This document shows positions 30,300 through 43,140 of a stretch of DNA of 64,000 nt, piece by piece. Each line of letters opens with the position of its first letter. Position 1 is the first letter of the stretch. The stretch lies in the NCBI GenBank assembly GCA_012295275.1, contig CM022678.1, positions 19,220,001-19,284,000 on the forward strand, written 5' to 3'. The notes beneath the pieces were generated by a model. That model was not told the origin of the DNA. It searched no databases and saw only the letters and a program-made list of their open reading frames with translations. Made by a program: the position numbers and the translations under genes. This DNA comes from Chrysomallon squamiferum. Lineage: Eukaryota; Animalia; Mollusca.

Positions 30300-31100
30300 A
30301 TAGTAAACGTACATGTTACACCCGAATTCAGGTATAATCTTCAGTATTAATCTTGGAAAAAATTATTTGTCTGCCAAATTTTAAAGATATTTCAAACAGT
30401 ACCGTTTATTTATTAATGTCTTGCGTTTTCTTATTATCAATATGAGATAATTTAAATTGTGTTTCTCTCTTTATATATGTGAATAGCTTAATGAACTGGA
30501 TACGTTAAAGGTTTGCCCGTTGCGAACGTTTGTAATGTACTCTGTTTTAGGTACATGTATGTGTATTACTTGAACTTTATCCACCTTTCTTTGTATATAT
30601 ATCGTGACTTCGAGGGTCTAACAGGAAAGCTCGTGTATAAGGTATTCTGTTTTATGTACATTGATGTGTACAACTTGTAAGTTATCGCCCTTTCTTTTTG
30701 CGTAGATCGTGTATTATTGAGTCTAACGGAAAAGGGCGTGTGTCGTGTCAAAGGCTGCTCTTCTTACAGTAACGAAATTCATTATTACATATTCAGCGTC
30801 TTAGTAATTCTGACTTCTGCTGATTATAAATGAATTGTTTATAATTTCATATTTTGTAATTTTCAATTTGAGCCTTTGATATCTTTACTTATTTTAACTG
30901 TTCTTGTTTTATTTTGTTCTGATTTTATTTTAGTTCGATTTCCGTGTCTATATACCCCCAGTTAAGCCGATGTTCAGTCCCCAGGAAGTAAACATTTGAA
31001 ATTATCACATTTTATGTTTTCATTGCACATACAAAATCTGCATGTTAAGAGACTTTGTGTGCTCTCTGTCATGAAACTGGACTCTGAATGTTTGAAATAA
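30300..31100 (+). pseudogene. Decayed class A GPCR relic (FMRFamide-receptor/Srw-like)
   Basis: FKDISNSTVYLL...LLSI*DNL (TM2), a duplicated TM3 (VCNVLCF...; YKVFCFMYIDVYNL*VIALSFCVDRVLLSLTEKGVC), FEPLISLLILTVLVL (TM5-like) and FILVRFP (TM6-like). Confidence 0.6.
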
Positions 31101-31312
31101 ACGTGTAGATAAAGTAACACGCATGAGATGAATCAATAACGTTACAGTCAAATAGAAGTATTATTTCTAAGTACTAGCATATACAGATATACACCTGTTA
31201 GTTGTTCTTGCCGTTTGATAAATCTGGTTTGACCAAGCTGTAAATCTGAAATGAATAACGAATTTATAAAAATAAAGAATGAAGTTTTGAAATTAACTAT
31301 CATTTATATACA

Positions 31313-31358
<46 letters not shown>

Positions 31359-32418
31359 TTAATAATAATAATAATAATAATAAGAAAAAAAATTACTAAT
31401 GTTGAAACGAACGTGTTGAAAGAGCGGCCTAAATATTCTGTCTTTTATTTATTTATTTATTTATATATTTACTGATTCGGTTATTTTTCACATACTTCAA
31501 TCAGATTATCAAGCTTAAAGGTTCAACAAAAATTAGTATTTTTTCCTGTATAACGTTATCCGTAATTTATGTTTATTATTATTACGTTTTAATCATTTCA
31601 TTTTATTTGTATTTATATTTAAATTTCAGTTTCTTTGCTGTAAGAAATATTCGGACTCGTCAAGGGGAATTACTCCTGTTAGAACTCGCTGTTTCCTTGC
31701 CTCCTGAATTCAAGTTTCTAATAAAAATATAAATACCAGTAACAGTTATTTAGATTACAGAAATCGTTTCCATTTATTCTATTTTATTTTATTTATTTAT
31801 ATATATATATATATCAAGTTATTATGAACACAAAATGCATGCTGAAATAGAGCTTCAACTCGGCAAGGTTAATTAGCTTTCAACGTATGTTCAAAACATT
31901 ATGACGTCACCGCATATCCTAGAAGCCACTGACGATGTTGTGAACAAACAAAAGTGGTATTTAGTGAACAAATAGGCTTGTTTGATATATTTCAAAGAGA
32001 AGCTCAAATTAAAAAGTTGGTTACTTCTGTGTAAGTAATTATACAGACCAAAAGAAACAAACAAAAGCGTTTAGTTTAGATTGATAAACACAAAAGGGCA
32101 TAATTATATTTATATGAATAAACAAATATTGTTCGGTTTACGTAAATATCTGCATACATACCTATGCACATGCCTACATTCATATATTTATCCGTTCCTT
32201 TTGTGTGTTATTTATTTATTTAATTATTTATTTATTAATAGCAAAACAATAATAATTACTAATAAAATAACTATTTTATATGTCAAAAAAAGAGATAATA
32301 ATATTTACAAGAAGTGAAAACTTAAAAATCAGCAGCATCAGCAGCAACAACCATAACAAAAGAAGAAAAACAGAAGAAAAAGAAAATGAATTAGATGATG
32401 AAAGTGATGACGATATTA

Positions 32419-32453
<35 letters not shown>

Positions 32454-32479
32454 AAAAAATATTTCTTAGCTAAATGCTG

Positions 32480-33070
32480 AAAGATACTTCTAAACGTGCT
32501 GTTTATTCATTTCAGCTTGATATCGGTCATTTACTTATTGTTATATGAGATAATTTATTTATTTGTTTCTGTTTTTAATATATGTGAACAGCTTGAACTA
32601 GACAGGTTACAGACGTGGCCACTTTTCCCGTTGCGAACGTGTGTAATGTATTCTATTTGATGTACTTTTATGTGTATTACTTGAACTTTATCGTCCTTTC
32701 TTTGATCGTGGATTGGAGAGCTAACCGAATAGTACTAGTGTTGTATCAAAGGGTGCTCTTATTCCGTCACTAAATTTATTATTAGCTACTCAAATAATAA
32801 TAGCTGGTTATCACTGAATTGTTTATAATTTTATATTTTGTAATGTTCCTTTTGATAGTTTTACTTTCCTTATTATTTTCATTTTTATTTTGTTCTGATT
32901 TTATTGTTTATTGTACGAATTCTGTTTGTATATCTCCCACCGCTATTGAGCCGACGTTCAGTCCCCAGGAAGTAAACCTTTGAACTGACCACATTTTATG
33001 TTTTGATGACACCTAAACAGTCTACGTTACAAGACTCTGTCGTGAGATTGCACTGAAATATTTGAAATAA
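32480..33070 (+). pseudogene. Paralogous GPCR relic
   Basis: AVY...LIVI*DNLFI, then DVATFPVANVCNVFYLMYFYVYYLNFIVLSLIVD; homologous to 30380-31100. Confidence 0.55.
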
Positions 33071-33459
33071 CTGTGTGCATGACGAAACTGCTATAAATGA
33101 ATGAATACCAAAATAGTCAAAGGGAAGTGTTATTTCGAAATACTACTATACACAGATACGCAGACCCATTTGTTGTTGCTGCTGCTTGATAAAGCTCATC
33201 TGACAAAACTGTGAACTCGAAATAAAACTTTGAAAAGAAAACTACAGCGAGACAGATTGATAGATAACTAATAATAAGGATTTATAAAAATAAAGAACGA
33301 AATACGAAACTAACAACCATTTAATAATACAGGATTTAAAAAAATACAGATATTCTAACACTGCAATTCATAACAAAGAGTGGAAACAGTCTAGCATGGT
33401 TCCACCAATTAACCTGATAGAAGGAAGTGTTCATTAGTTTTCTTCTTCTTCTTCTTCTT

Positions 33460-33490
<31 letters not shown>

Positions 33491-33500
33491 TTATTATTAT

Positions 33501-35039
33501 TAAATTCGACTGACGAGAAGAAAAGGAATATAATCAGCTTGTTGCGTACCCATCAGCAGACTTACACACAGTCTGGCATTTTCGAATTCTTGTCGGTCAA
33601 GATATTCCTCTGTAATTCCAATCCAGTCCTCTGGTCCCAGATTTCATAAAATGGAAGAGAGGGGGCGAATTCACTGATCATGCTGCAGTAAACATCTTTA
33701 ACTTGGCACGTTATTTTTACCCCACGTGGACCATCCGTTTGGTTCAGCAAATCTGTCACCGTTCTAAAATGAGTGTGATATTTGTAAAGCACTTCTGAGG
33801 CAGAAGCTTCTACAGCAAGAATTTTGTATTTCATTTCTTCATTCCTCAGCCGAGCCTGTTCATCTGAAGAAAGTCTCCAATTTTTACTTTTTTCAAAATA
33901 GATAAAACTCATATTTTTCAGGGCGGTAATTTTTGTGGACGGATAGGTATCAATGTCGACTGTTTCTATTATATTTCTTAAGACCGGTTCAGCATCGTTG
34001 TATCGTTTTTTACTCATGTAAGCGGAAGGCAAATCAAGAGCTGCAGGATGATTTTCTCCGAATTTTACTTGAGTTGCCTCTTTTAGCTTCTCAATCGCAC
34101 TTTCAAATGCGCTGCTTTTGTTTCTTTGTTTAACCAGAACCTTACCCAGCTGATGAAGAGTATACCCTGTCGGGAAAAGTCTGGCTGATGTCTCTAGCAT
34201 TCTTTCAGCCTCATCCAGTTGATTTGTGGTTACTAAGTGCTTACCGCACTTTCCAAGTACGAAACCGTCATCCTTCCCTAATTCAAGAGCTCTGGTGAAA
34301 TACTCCTCACCCGGTAGCAGTCCTGTTTGTTGTTTAATCTCTTCTACCAGCTTTTCATCTTCAAATGGTGTCCATCTTAATTCAAGCCGGTTCGCTAATT
34401 CCCCAAGCTCGGCATATGCCTTGGAATTCAGTGGTTCTGATCCCATACTACCGACATCTTGTAGCAGTTTACAGCATCTAACAGCGAATTCTACCACATC
34501 GATACCTGACTGAATTGAATAGTTTTGAATAGATAGAGATCGTCTAAGTGTTAGACTCTCGCCAAATTTCCACTCGTATTCGTCTGCATATTTCTCGTTT
34601 ACTTTTCTGTACAGTTTCAGAGCCTTTGGATAGGAAGCTGGAGATATCATACAGTAGCAATACGCAAGTTCAGCTTCAGCTACAGTACGCATTCTGTCAA
34701 AGTCTCCCTCCAGGTTTTCCAGTTCGATTAATTTTGATTCAGCAGAACGCTTATCCTGTTTTAGCAGAAAACGCACACGGTTTGCACGAGCAACAATATT
34801 AGTAGGGTAACTGTCACGGACTTTTAAATTTATCTCGATTGCTTTGTCTCGATCTCCTAGCAAAAACAGCAGGAAAGAGAGAAAATTGTCAACTCGACTT
34901 TTTTTCTCCTTTTTCTTTATTCCTAACTTTGCATATAATTTTTCTCTATATTGTTTTGAGTAGAACATGAGATCTGTAAGATGAAAGGAGTGAGGAAACG
35001 ATTCCAGTCTCTCTTCGAAGGAAATGTCCTCATCCGCAT
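33501..35039 (-). pseudogene. IFIT/TTC22-like TPR gene copy 1, main exon; TIR domain lost
   Basis: ORF 33562-34968 extends 5' in frame to an acceptor (tttactctttag, exon starts 35039; xADEDISFEERLESFPHSFHLTDL). A 16-bp deletion relative to copy 2 at ~33645 shifts the frame, and homology ends at 33501 in a (TTA)n(CTT)n tract. Could still encode a ~513 aa TPR-only protein. Confidence 0.85.
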
Positions 35040-35120
35040 CTAAAGAGTAAAAATAAGAAGTTGCATTTTTTATTTTATTTTTTCGATTGAAGATAAAAAG
35101 TCATTAAATACTGTTTGTCG

Positions 35121-35122
<2 letters not shown>

Positions 35123-35200
<78 letters not shown>
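35123..35200. repeat. (CT)n tract in the intron of copy 1
   Basis: Pure CT repeat; present at the same position in copies 2 and 3. Confidence 0.97.
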
Positions 35201-35204
<4 letters not shown>

Positions 35205-35477
35205 TAATAAGTGCATGTTTTTTTCGTATATCTGTGAGAGAATGGCGTATTTTGTTCACTGAATCTCTCTCTCTCCCTCTCTCTCTCTTGTCTTATATAA
35301 ATGTATGTGTTTGTGTGGTATTGTGTGTGTGTCTTTGTATGTTGATGTCATTTTGTATGCAAATAAGCAGAAGAGTGCCAGCTGAAGGTGTCATACAACA
35401 TAATACAAATATTTCACTATCATTGTAACTGGTTTATATATTATATATTGTATATCATTGTAACTGGTTTTTCTCAC

Positions 35478-35541
35478 CAATTTTGATCCTTCCAAAATCT
35501 TTCTCTAATGTCGCTGTGCTTTGCTCTGTTTTCGCAGCCAT
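35478..35541 (-). CDS. First coding exon of copy 1 (MAAKTEQSTATLEKDFGRIKI + 1 nt)
   Basis: ATG in ATAATGG context; 64 nt (21 codons + G); donor G|GTGAGA; phase 1 matches the acceptor at 35039. Confidence 0.8.
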
Positions 35542-35664
35542 TATCCTAAAAGTAACAAAATATTTTTATTAATATTGTGTTTTGGCTCCACTGTACTTTT
35601 CTCTGGAACGTACCAAAATCAATCTTTTCTTCTTCCTCTTCTTTTTGTGATTATTATTATTATG

Positions 35665-35715
<51 letters not shown>

Positions 35716-35927
35716 GTTATTATCATTATTATTATTATTTTAAATCATACATTTTGAAAATCAAAGAATAAGAAAGAAGTAATAATATATTTTTTCTTTT
35801 CTTTTTATTCTGATATTTCCTTTGAAATATATATATATATATACATATACATATGTTTTATTTTTATTTTATTTTTTTTTTTTTTTTGAAATCCCTGGAA
35901 TAAATACAAAATATAAATCAATAAATA

Positions 35928-35973
<46 letters not shown>

Positions 35974-37212
35974 TCTATCTTTTTCTTCTTTTTTTGTTTG
36001 TTTTTGTTTGATTTAACAAAAAAATAAAAAATGAATAAATCAATTTCTTGTTTCGAATTAATTTTACTAGTACGTGCAACAGTTCATGTTGTCTTCTTTA
36101 TCAGCCTACATGAGCTAAAAATAGCACAGTTTTCAGCCTGTGTATAACATCAGAGAGACAGAAACGGGTGTGCGAAATTAGATCACTGAGATATCAATAA
36201 ATGTTGCGAATTAGGTATAACAAATATTTATAAAACAGCTTTTAGTAGGATTTTCTTTTTCTTCTTACATTATTTTCAGGATGACCGCTGTATAGTGTTT
36301 ATTTCAGAGAATAAGAATCGAAATGACCTGCGTCTAGATTTTAAATGTAAAACAATAAAATAAGAAAATAATAATACTGAGGCATCGATTTTTGTGATCT
36401 TGTTCCTTCGGAAACTGAAATTTGACTTATTATTTTCTGTTATTTTCTTCTTGTGTATTTATACATTACCATTTCCTGATAGTTTTAACGTACATATATA
36501 ACTAGACAATTCATGAATGAATTTTATATTTTAATGCACAAGTAATGAATCAAAGATTACTTAAGTATCCAGTATCTGGTCGTAATAACAAAACTAAAAT
36601 AAAACTTACACGTTCTCGCTGGATGTTCCTTAACTTTCTAACGAGCAGTCAAAAAAAACTGTGATAGCTTTACCTTTTCAGTTTGATATATAATCAGGTG
36701 TGTAGTTTCCCTTTCGATATTCCAAAAATCGGTACAGTAAATCTAGAAAATGAGTATCAAAGCTATATAAATATGTAACCTAATAAGGTAACCTTATGAC
36801 ATTGTCGGATGACAACAATTTAAATAAGTTCATGCGCATCTCCTTGTTATATCTACGATCACGCCAGGACAGATTCCACTTTATTATCAAATTGCTATTA
36901 CAATAAAATACTGAGTTCTACTAACAGAATTCAATATGATATGATACGAAATCAAGATCAGTCTGATCACAAAGCTTTCCTAATTGTCTTTCGTTTTCTT
37001 TCTTTCTTTCTCTTTCTTTCTTTCTTTCTCTTTCCTTCTTTCTTTCTTTCTTCTTTCTTTATTTCTTTATTTTATTATTATTATTATTTCTTCCCATTTT
37101 CTAGATTATCTTTTAGGCAGTTTTTTACTTTTATCTTATATTTTGATCTATATATATATAAGTATATGTATGTATGTATGTATGTATGTCTATGCATGTA
37201 TGTACGTGTTTA

Positions 37213-37288
<76 letters not shown>

Positions 37289-37290
37289 TT
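35478..37290. repeat. Upstream flank duplicated at 40783-42620 (~5.3 kb tandem gene duplication)
   Basis: 36061-36960 vs 41400-42300 differ by roughly a dozen substitutions (by eye). Confidence 0.93.
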
Positions 37291-37481
37291 AGAAAGAAAT
37301 TGAAATATGAAATTGTATTTTCAAATTTAAATTAAATTCATTTGCACCAGATTATTCTTCCTTTGTTCATGTCAGTATATAATGGTACTAATTGTCTTAC
37401 ATTCTATTGTTCTTGTTGCCGTTCTTTCCTTGTTGTTGTCAATTTTATTGTTGTTTTCTATTTCTCCTTCGTTACTATTTC

Positions 37482-37515
<34 letters not shown>

Positions 37516-37546
37516 ATTATTATTATTACATTTGTTATTATTATTA

Positions 37547-37619
<73 letters not shown>

Positions 37620-38028
37620 AAAACACTTGAAGCTGAAAAAGTCAAAAGGTTGGTGTAGACATTTCACATGATGACAGTAACCTCACACAAAGGTCGTAAT
37701 ATAAAAATAAGACTTCTAACTCTTAATAAAATATACTAAAACAGCTTACACTTCCAACTCTAAATTATAAAATTACCAAAAACTATTCACATACAAAGAT
37801 TTTATCATTGACACAATTCACTGACCTGGAGCCACAATTACACGCAATTACATCTATGTACGGATTTATTTTCTGAAAAGACACCGTCTTTTCCTACAAT
37901 GGTTTTATATTCTTAAAACTGAAAAATTCAGTACTCGAAAACATTTGCAGTCCAAACATTTAGTAGAAGGAATCCTTAAATATACATAATTATTAGCATA
38001 ATTGTTGTTGTTGCCGATCATCTTCATG

Positions 38029-38102
<74 letters not shown>

Positions 38103-38246
38103 ATTATTATTATTATTGTAGTAATAGAAGTAGTAGTAGTAGTACTAGTAGTACTAGTAGTAATTGTAGTAGTATTTTGATTAACAAAGTCGAACAATGC
38201 ATGCAGTTCATTTCAAATTCTTGTTCAGATCAGTAAATGACAACAT

Positions 38247-40345
38247 TTACAAATTGACGTCAGCATTAACAAGAAGTGGAAAAGTTTCCAGCAGCCAGTC
38301 CACTGCAGCTTTGTCGTCTGCTTCGTCTGGTGGAGTTTTTCCTGTTTTGAAATTGTTCAGTTCAGTGACTTGGTGACTCTCTCCTGATTTCATGCATACA
38401 ATCATCATCTTCTCCTTCTTCGTAGCAGTTGCTATTGCCAAATCAATTACCTGTTTCCAGTGTGTGTTTGGAGTGTCGGAACTAACAACTACAACAACGC
38501 ATCGAATAAGAGGCATCAGTTGTTCGTAGAAAGAGATACCATCCATTCCTTCAAAGGCAAGTTCATCATTCCTCGTGACTTTCAGGCCTGTATAGTTTTC
38601 CAGAATTTTCTGAATCTTCTTTGAAATCTGAGACGAATTACAGTCGTCATTATCATGGAGAATCATGATATCAGCACCATTTATTTCATCTTCTTTTTTC
38701 GCTTTGTAGTATAACGTAAAAATCCTTCTGAAACATGGCGAAACTTCACTCGGTGACATGCCTCTTGATAACATGTGCTCTGCTGTTTTCAGATAAATTC
38801 GACTGACGAGAGTAAAAGGAATATGATCAGCTTGTTGCGTACCCATCAGCAGACTTACACACAGTCTGGCATTTTCGTAATTTTGTTGATCAAGATATTC
38901 CTCTGTAATTCCAATCCAGTCTTCTGGTTCCAGATTTCGGTTTTGAATCTTCTCAGAAATCGGAAGATAATGGGTGAACATACTGATCATGCAGTAGACA
39001 TTTTTAACTTCCCTCGGAATTTCTACTCCACGTGGACCATTTCTTTGCTTTAGCAAATCAGTTACGGTTTTAAAATGAGTGCGATATTTGTACAGCACTT
39101 CTGTCACAGAAGCTTCTACAGCAAGAATTTTGTAGTTTATTTCTTCATTCCTGAGCCGAGCCTGTTCATCTGAAGAAAGTCTCCAATTTTGGCTTTTTTC
39201 AAAATAGATAAAACTCATATTTTTCATTGCTGTAATTTCTGTGAACGGATTGGTATCAATGTCGGCTATTTCTATTATATTTCTTAAGACCCGTTCAGCA
39301 TCGTTGTATCGTTTTTTACTCATGTAAGCTGAAGCCAAACTAAAAGCTGCAGGATGATTTTTTCCGAAACTAATTTCAATTGCCTCTTTTAGCTTCTCAA
39401 TCGCACTCTCAAATGCGTTGCTCTTGTTTTTCTGTTTAAGCAGAACCTTACCCAGCTGATGAAGACTATACCCTGTCGGTAAAAGTCTGGCTGATGTCTC
39501 TAGCATTCTTTCAGCCTCATCCAGTTGATTTGTGCTTAGTAAATGCTTACCGCACCTTCCAAGTACAAAATAGTTATACTTTCTTAATTCAAGAGCCTTC
39601 TTAAAATATTCCTCACGCGAAAGCAGCTCAGTTTCTTGTTGCACCGCTTTTACGAGCCTTCTGTCTTCAAATGGCGTCCATCTAAATTCAAGCCGCTTGG
39701 CTAATTCCCCAAGCTCGGCATACGCCATGGTATTCAGTAGTTCTGGACCTTTACTGCCGACTTCTTGTAGCAGTTTACAGCATCTGACAGCGAGTTCAAC
39801 GACATCCACACCTGACTGAATTGAATAGCTTTCAACTGACAGAGATCGTCTAAGTGTAATACCCTCTCCAAATTTCCACTCGTATTCGTCTGCATATTTC
39901 TCGTTTACTTTTCTGTACAGTTTTAGAGCCTTTGGATAAGAAGCTGGTGTTAGTTCAGAATAGCAATCCGCAAGTTCAGCTTCAGCTACAGCACGCATTC
40001 TGTCAAAGTCTCCATTCATGTTTTCCAGTTCGATTAATTCTGATTCAGCAGAACGCTTATCCTGTTTTAACAGAAAACGCACACGGTTTGCACGAGCAAC
40101 AATGTTAGTAGGGTCTCGAGCACGGACTTCTGAATTTGTCTCGATTGCTTTGTCTCGATCTCCTAGCAAAAATAGCAGGAAAGAGCGAAAATTGTCAACT
40201 CGACTGTTTTTCTCCTCTTTCCGTTCTCGTAACGTTTCATGTAAGTTTTCTCTACGTTGTTTTGAGTAGAACATGAGATCTATAAGATGAAAAGAGTGAG
40301 GAAACGATTCCAGTCTCTCTTCTAAGGAAATGTCCTCATCCGCAT
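38247..40345 (-). CDS. IFIT/TTC22-like TPR protein with C-terminal TIR-like domain, copy 2 (intact), main exon
   Basis: 675 aa ORF plus 23 in-frame codons back to the acceptor at 40345. LESFPHSFHL resembles TTC22 LDYLPGHFHL and IFIT LxxLxCHFTW; TPR helices follow (NIVARAN, AEAELA, EWKFG..TLRR, AYAELG, LHQLG). The C-terminal ~140 aa has a TIR-like beta/alpha pattern: ADIMILH / KIQKILENYTGLKVT / RCVVVVVS / MMIVCM. Confidence 0.92.
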
Positions 40346-40415
40346 CTAAAGAGTAAAAATAAGAAGTTCCATTTTCTATTTTATTTTTTCGATTGAAGAT
40401 GAAAAGTCTTTGTCG

Positions 40416-40565
<150 letters not shown>

Positions 40566-40652
40566 TATATAAATGTGTTTGTGTCGTATTTATAAAAGTA
40601 AGCAGAAGAGCGTCAGCTGAAGGTGAAATGCAACATAATACAAATATTTCAC

Positions 40653-40773
40653 TATCATTGTAACTGGTTTATATATTATATATTGTATATCATTGTAACT
40701 GGTTTATATATTATATATTGTATATCATTGTAACTGGTTTATATATTATATATTGTATATCATTGTAACTGGT
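40653..40773. repeat. 35-bp intronic minisatellite (~3.4 copies)
   Basis: Unit tatcattgtaactggtttatatattatatattgta; only ~1.4 copies in the copy-1 intron. Confidence 0.93.
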
Positions 40774-40782
40774 ATTTCTCAC

Positions 40783-40846
40783 CAATTTTGATCCTTCCAA
40801 AATCTTTCTCTAATGTCGTTGTGCTTTGCTCTGTTTTCGCAGCCAT
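40783..40846 (-). CDS. First coding exon of copy 2 (MAAKTEQSTTTLEKDFGRIKI + 1 nt)
   Basis: 64 nt, donor G|GTGAGA, phase 1. Splices over a 437-nt intron to 40345, giving ~720 aa. An acceptor ttcttttag 4 nt before the ATG implies an upstream non-coding exon. Confidence 0.82.
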
Positions 40847-40972
40847 TATCCTAAAAGAAAGTCACAAAATATTTTATTAATATTGTGTTTTAGCTCCACT
40901 GTACTTTTCTCTGGAACGTACCAAAATCAATCTTTTCTTCTTCCTCTTCTTTTTGTGATTATTATTATTATG

Positions 40973-41038
<66 letters not shown>

Positions 41039-41261
41039 GTTGTTGTTATTATTATTTTATTATTATTATTTTAAATCATACATTTTGAAAATCAAAGAAT
41101 AAGAAAGAAGTAATAATATATTTTTTCTTTTCTTTTTATTCTGGTATTTCCTTTGAAAAATATATATATACATATACATATGTTTTATTTTAATTTTATT
41201 TTTATTATTCTTTTTTTGAAATCCCTGGAATAAATACAAAATATAAATCAATAAATAAATA

Positions 41262-41311
<50 letters not shown>

Positions 41312-42488
41312 ATATCTTTTTTCTTCTTTTTTTTTTTGTTTTTGTTTGATTTAACAAAAAATAAAAAATAAATAAATCAATTTCTTGTTTCGAATTAATT
41401 TTACTAGTACGTGCAACAGTTCATGTTGTCTTCTTTATCAGCCTACATGAGCTAAAAATAGCACAGTTTTCAGCCTGTGTATAACATCAGAGAGACAGAA
41501 ACGGGTGTGCGAAATTAGATCACTGAGATATCAATAAATGTTGCGAATTAGGTATAACAAATATTTATAAAACAGTTTTTAGTAGGATTTTCTTTTTCTT
41601 CTTACATTATTTTCAGGATGACCGCTGTATAGTGTTTATTTCAGAGAATAAGAATCGAAATGACCTGCGTCTAGATTTTAAATGTAAAACAATAAAATAA
41701 GAAAATAATAATACTCAGGCATCGATTTTTGTGATCTTGTTCCTTCGGAAACTGAAATTTGACTTATTATTTTCTGTTATTTTCTTCTTGTGTATTTATA
41801 CATTACCATTTCCTGATAGTTTTAACTTACATATATAACTAGACAATTCATGAATGAATTTTATATTTTAATGCACAAGTAATGAATCAAAGATTACTTA
41901 AATATCCAGTATCTGATCGTAATAACAAAACTTAAATAAAACTTACACGTTCTCGCTGGATGTTCCTTAACTTTCAAACGAGCAGTCAAAAACTGTGATA
42001 GCTTTACCTTTTCAGTTTGATATATAATCAGGTGTGTAGTTTCCCTTTCGATATTCCAAAAATCGGTACAGTAAATCTAGAAAATGAGTATGAAAGCTAT
42101 ATAAATATGTAACCTAATAAGGTAACGTTATGACATTGTCGGATGACAACAATTTAAATAAGTTCATGCGCATCTCCTTGTTATATCTACGATCACGCCA
42201 GGACAGAGTCCACTTTATTATCAAATTGCTATTACAATAAAATACTGAGTTCTACTAACAGAATTCAATGTGATACGATACGAAATCAAGATCAGTCTGA
42301 TCACAAAGCTTTCCTAATTGTCTTTCATTTTCTTTCTTTCTTTCTCTTTCCTTATTTCTTTCTTTCTTTCTTTATTTATTTCTTTATTTTATTATTATAA
42401 TTATTTCTTCCCATTTTCTAAATTATTTTTTATCTATCTTTTTTTTAGTTTTTTACTTTTATCTTATATTTTGATATATATATATAAG

Positions 42489-42519
<31 letters not shown>

Positions 42520-42542
42520 CTATGCATGTATGTACGTGTTTA

Positions 42543-42622
<80 letters not shown>

Positions 42623-42909
42623 GAATTCCAGCACTGAGGAAAATTATATTTATGCCATCCAAGTCTTACTGTTCTCATCAAACCTTTCCAATATCGTAAA
42701 TTTCTCTTTTTATGTGTCAAGCAAAATTTTCAATGTGTTGTTTCGTTTTGTGTGCATTTTACAATAGTACACATCACTGCATTGACCATGTATATTTATA
42801 GTTTAATGGTAACTTTGTATGATTATTAGATTTAGATATTTGGCGAACGTTGATTAAACAAACTGAAACCACATGACTAATTTTCGTGCAGTTGGAAAAA
42901 GAAGAAGAT

Positions 42910-43102
42910 AAACATGGGGTATCTGTGTATACTTGAAACAAACTGTTGGTGTTTTTCTTATCGAGGCCAAACTAAAGGTACATTCGACTTTCTGTATGAA
43001 GAGATTTGTTATCGAGATGACGCTTCAGGGGTGAATTATGCGGCGGGTGGGGGTGCTCAGTTGCACGGAAAGTTGCAAAAAAAAGTTACCACGGACAAAA
43101 AT

Positions 43103-43140
<38 letters not shown>

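Noticed and set aside
32280-32480. Acidic poly-Asp ORF
   Set aside because: Produced by a (GAT)n microsatellite.
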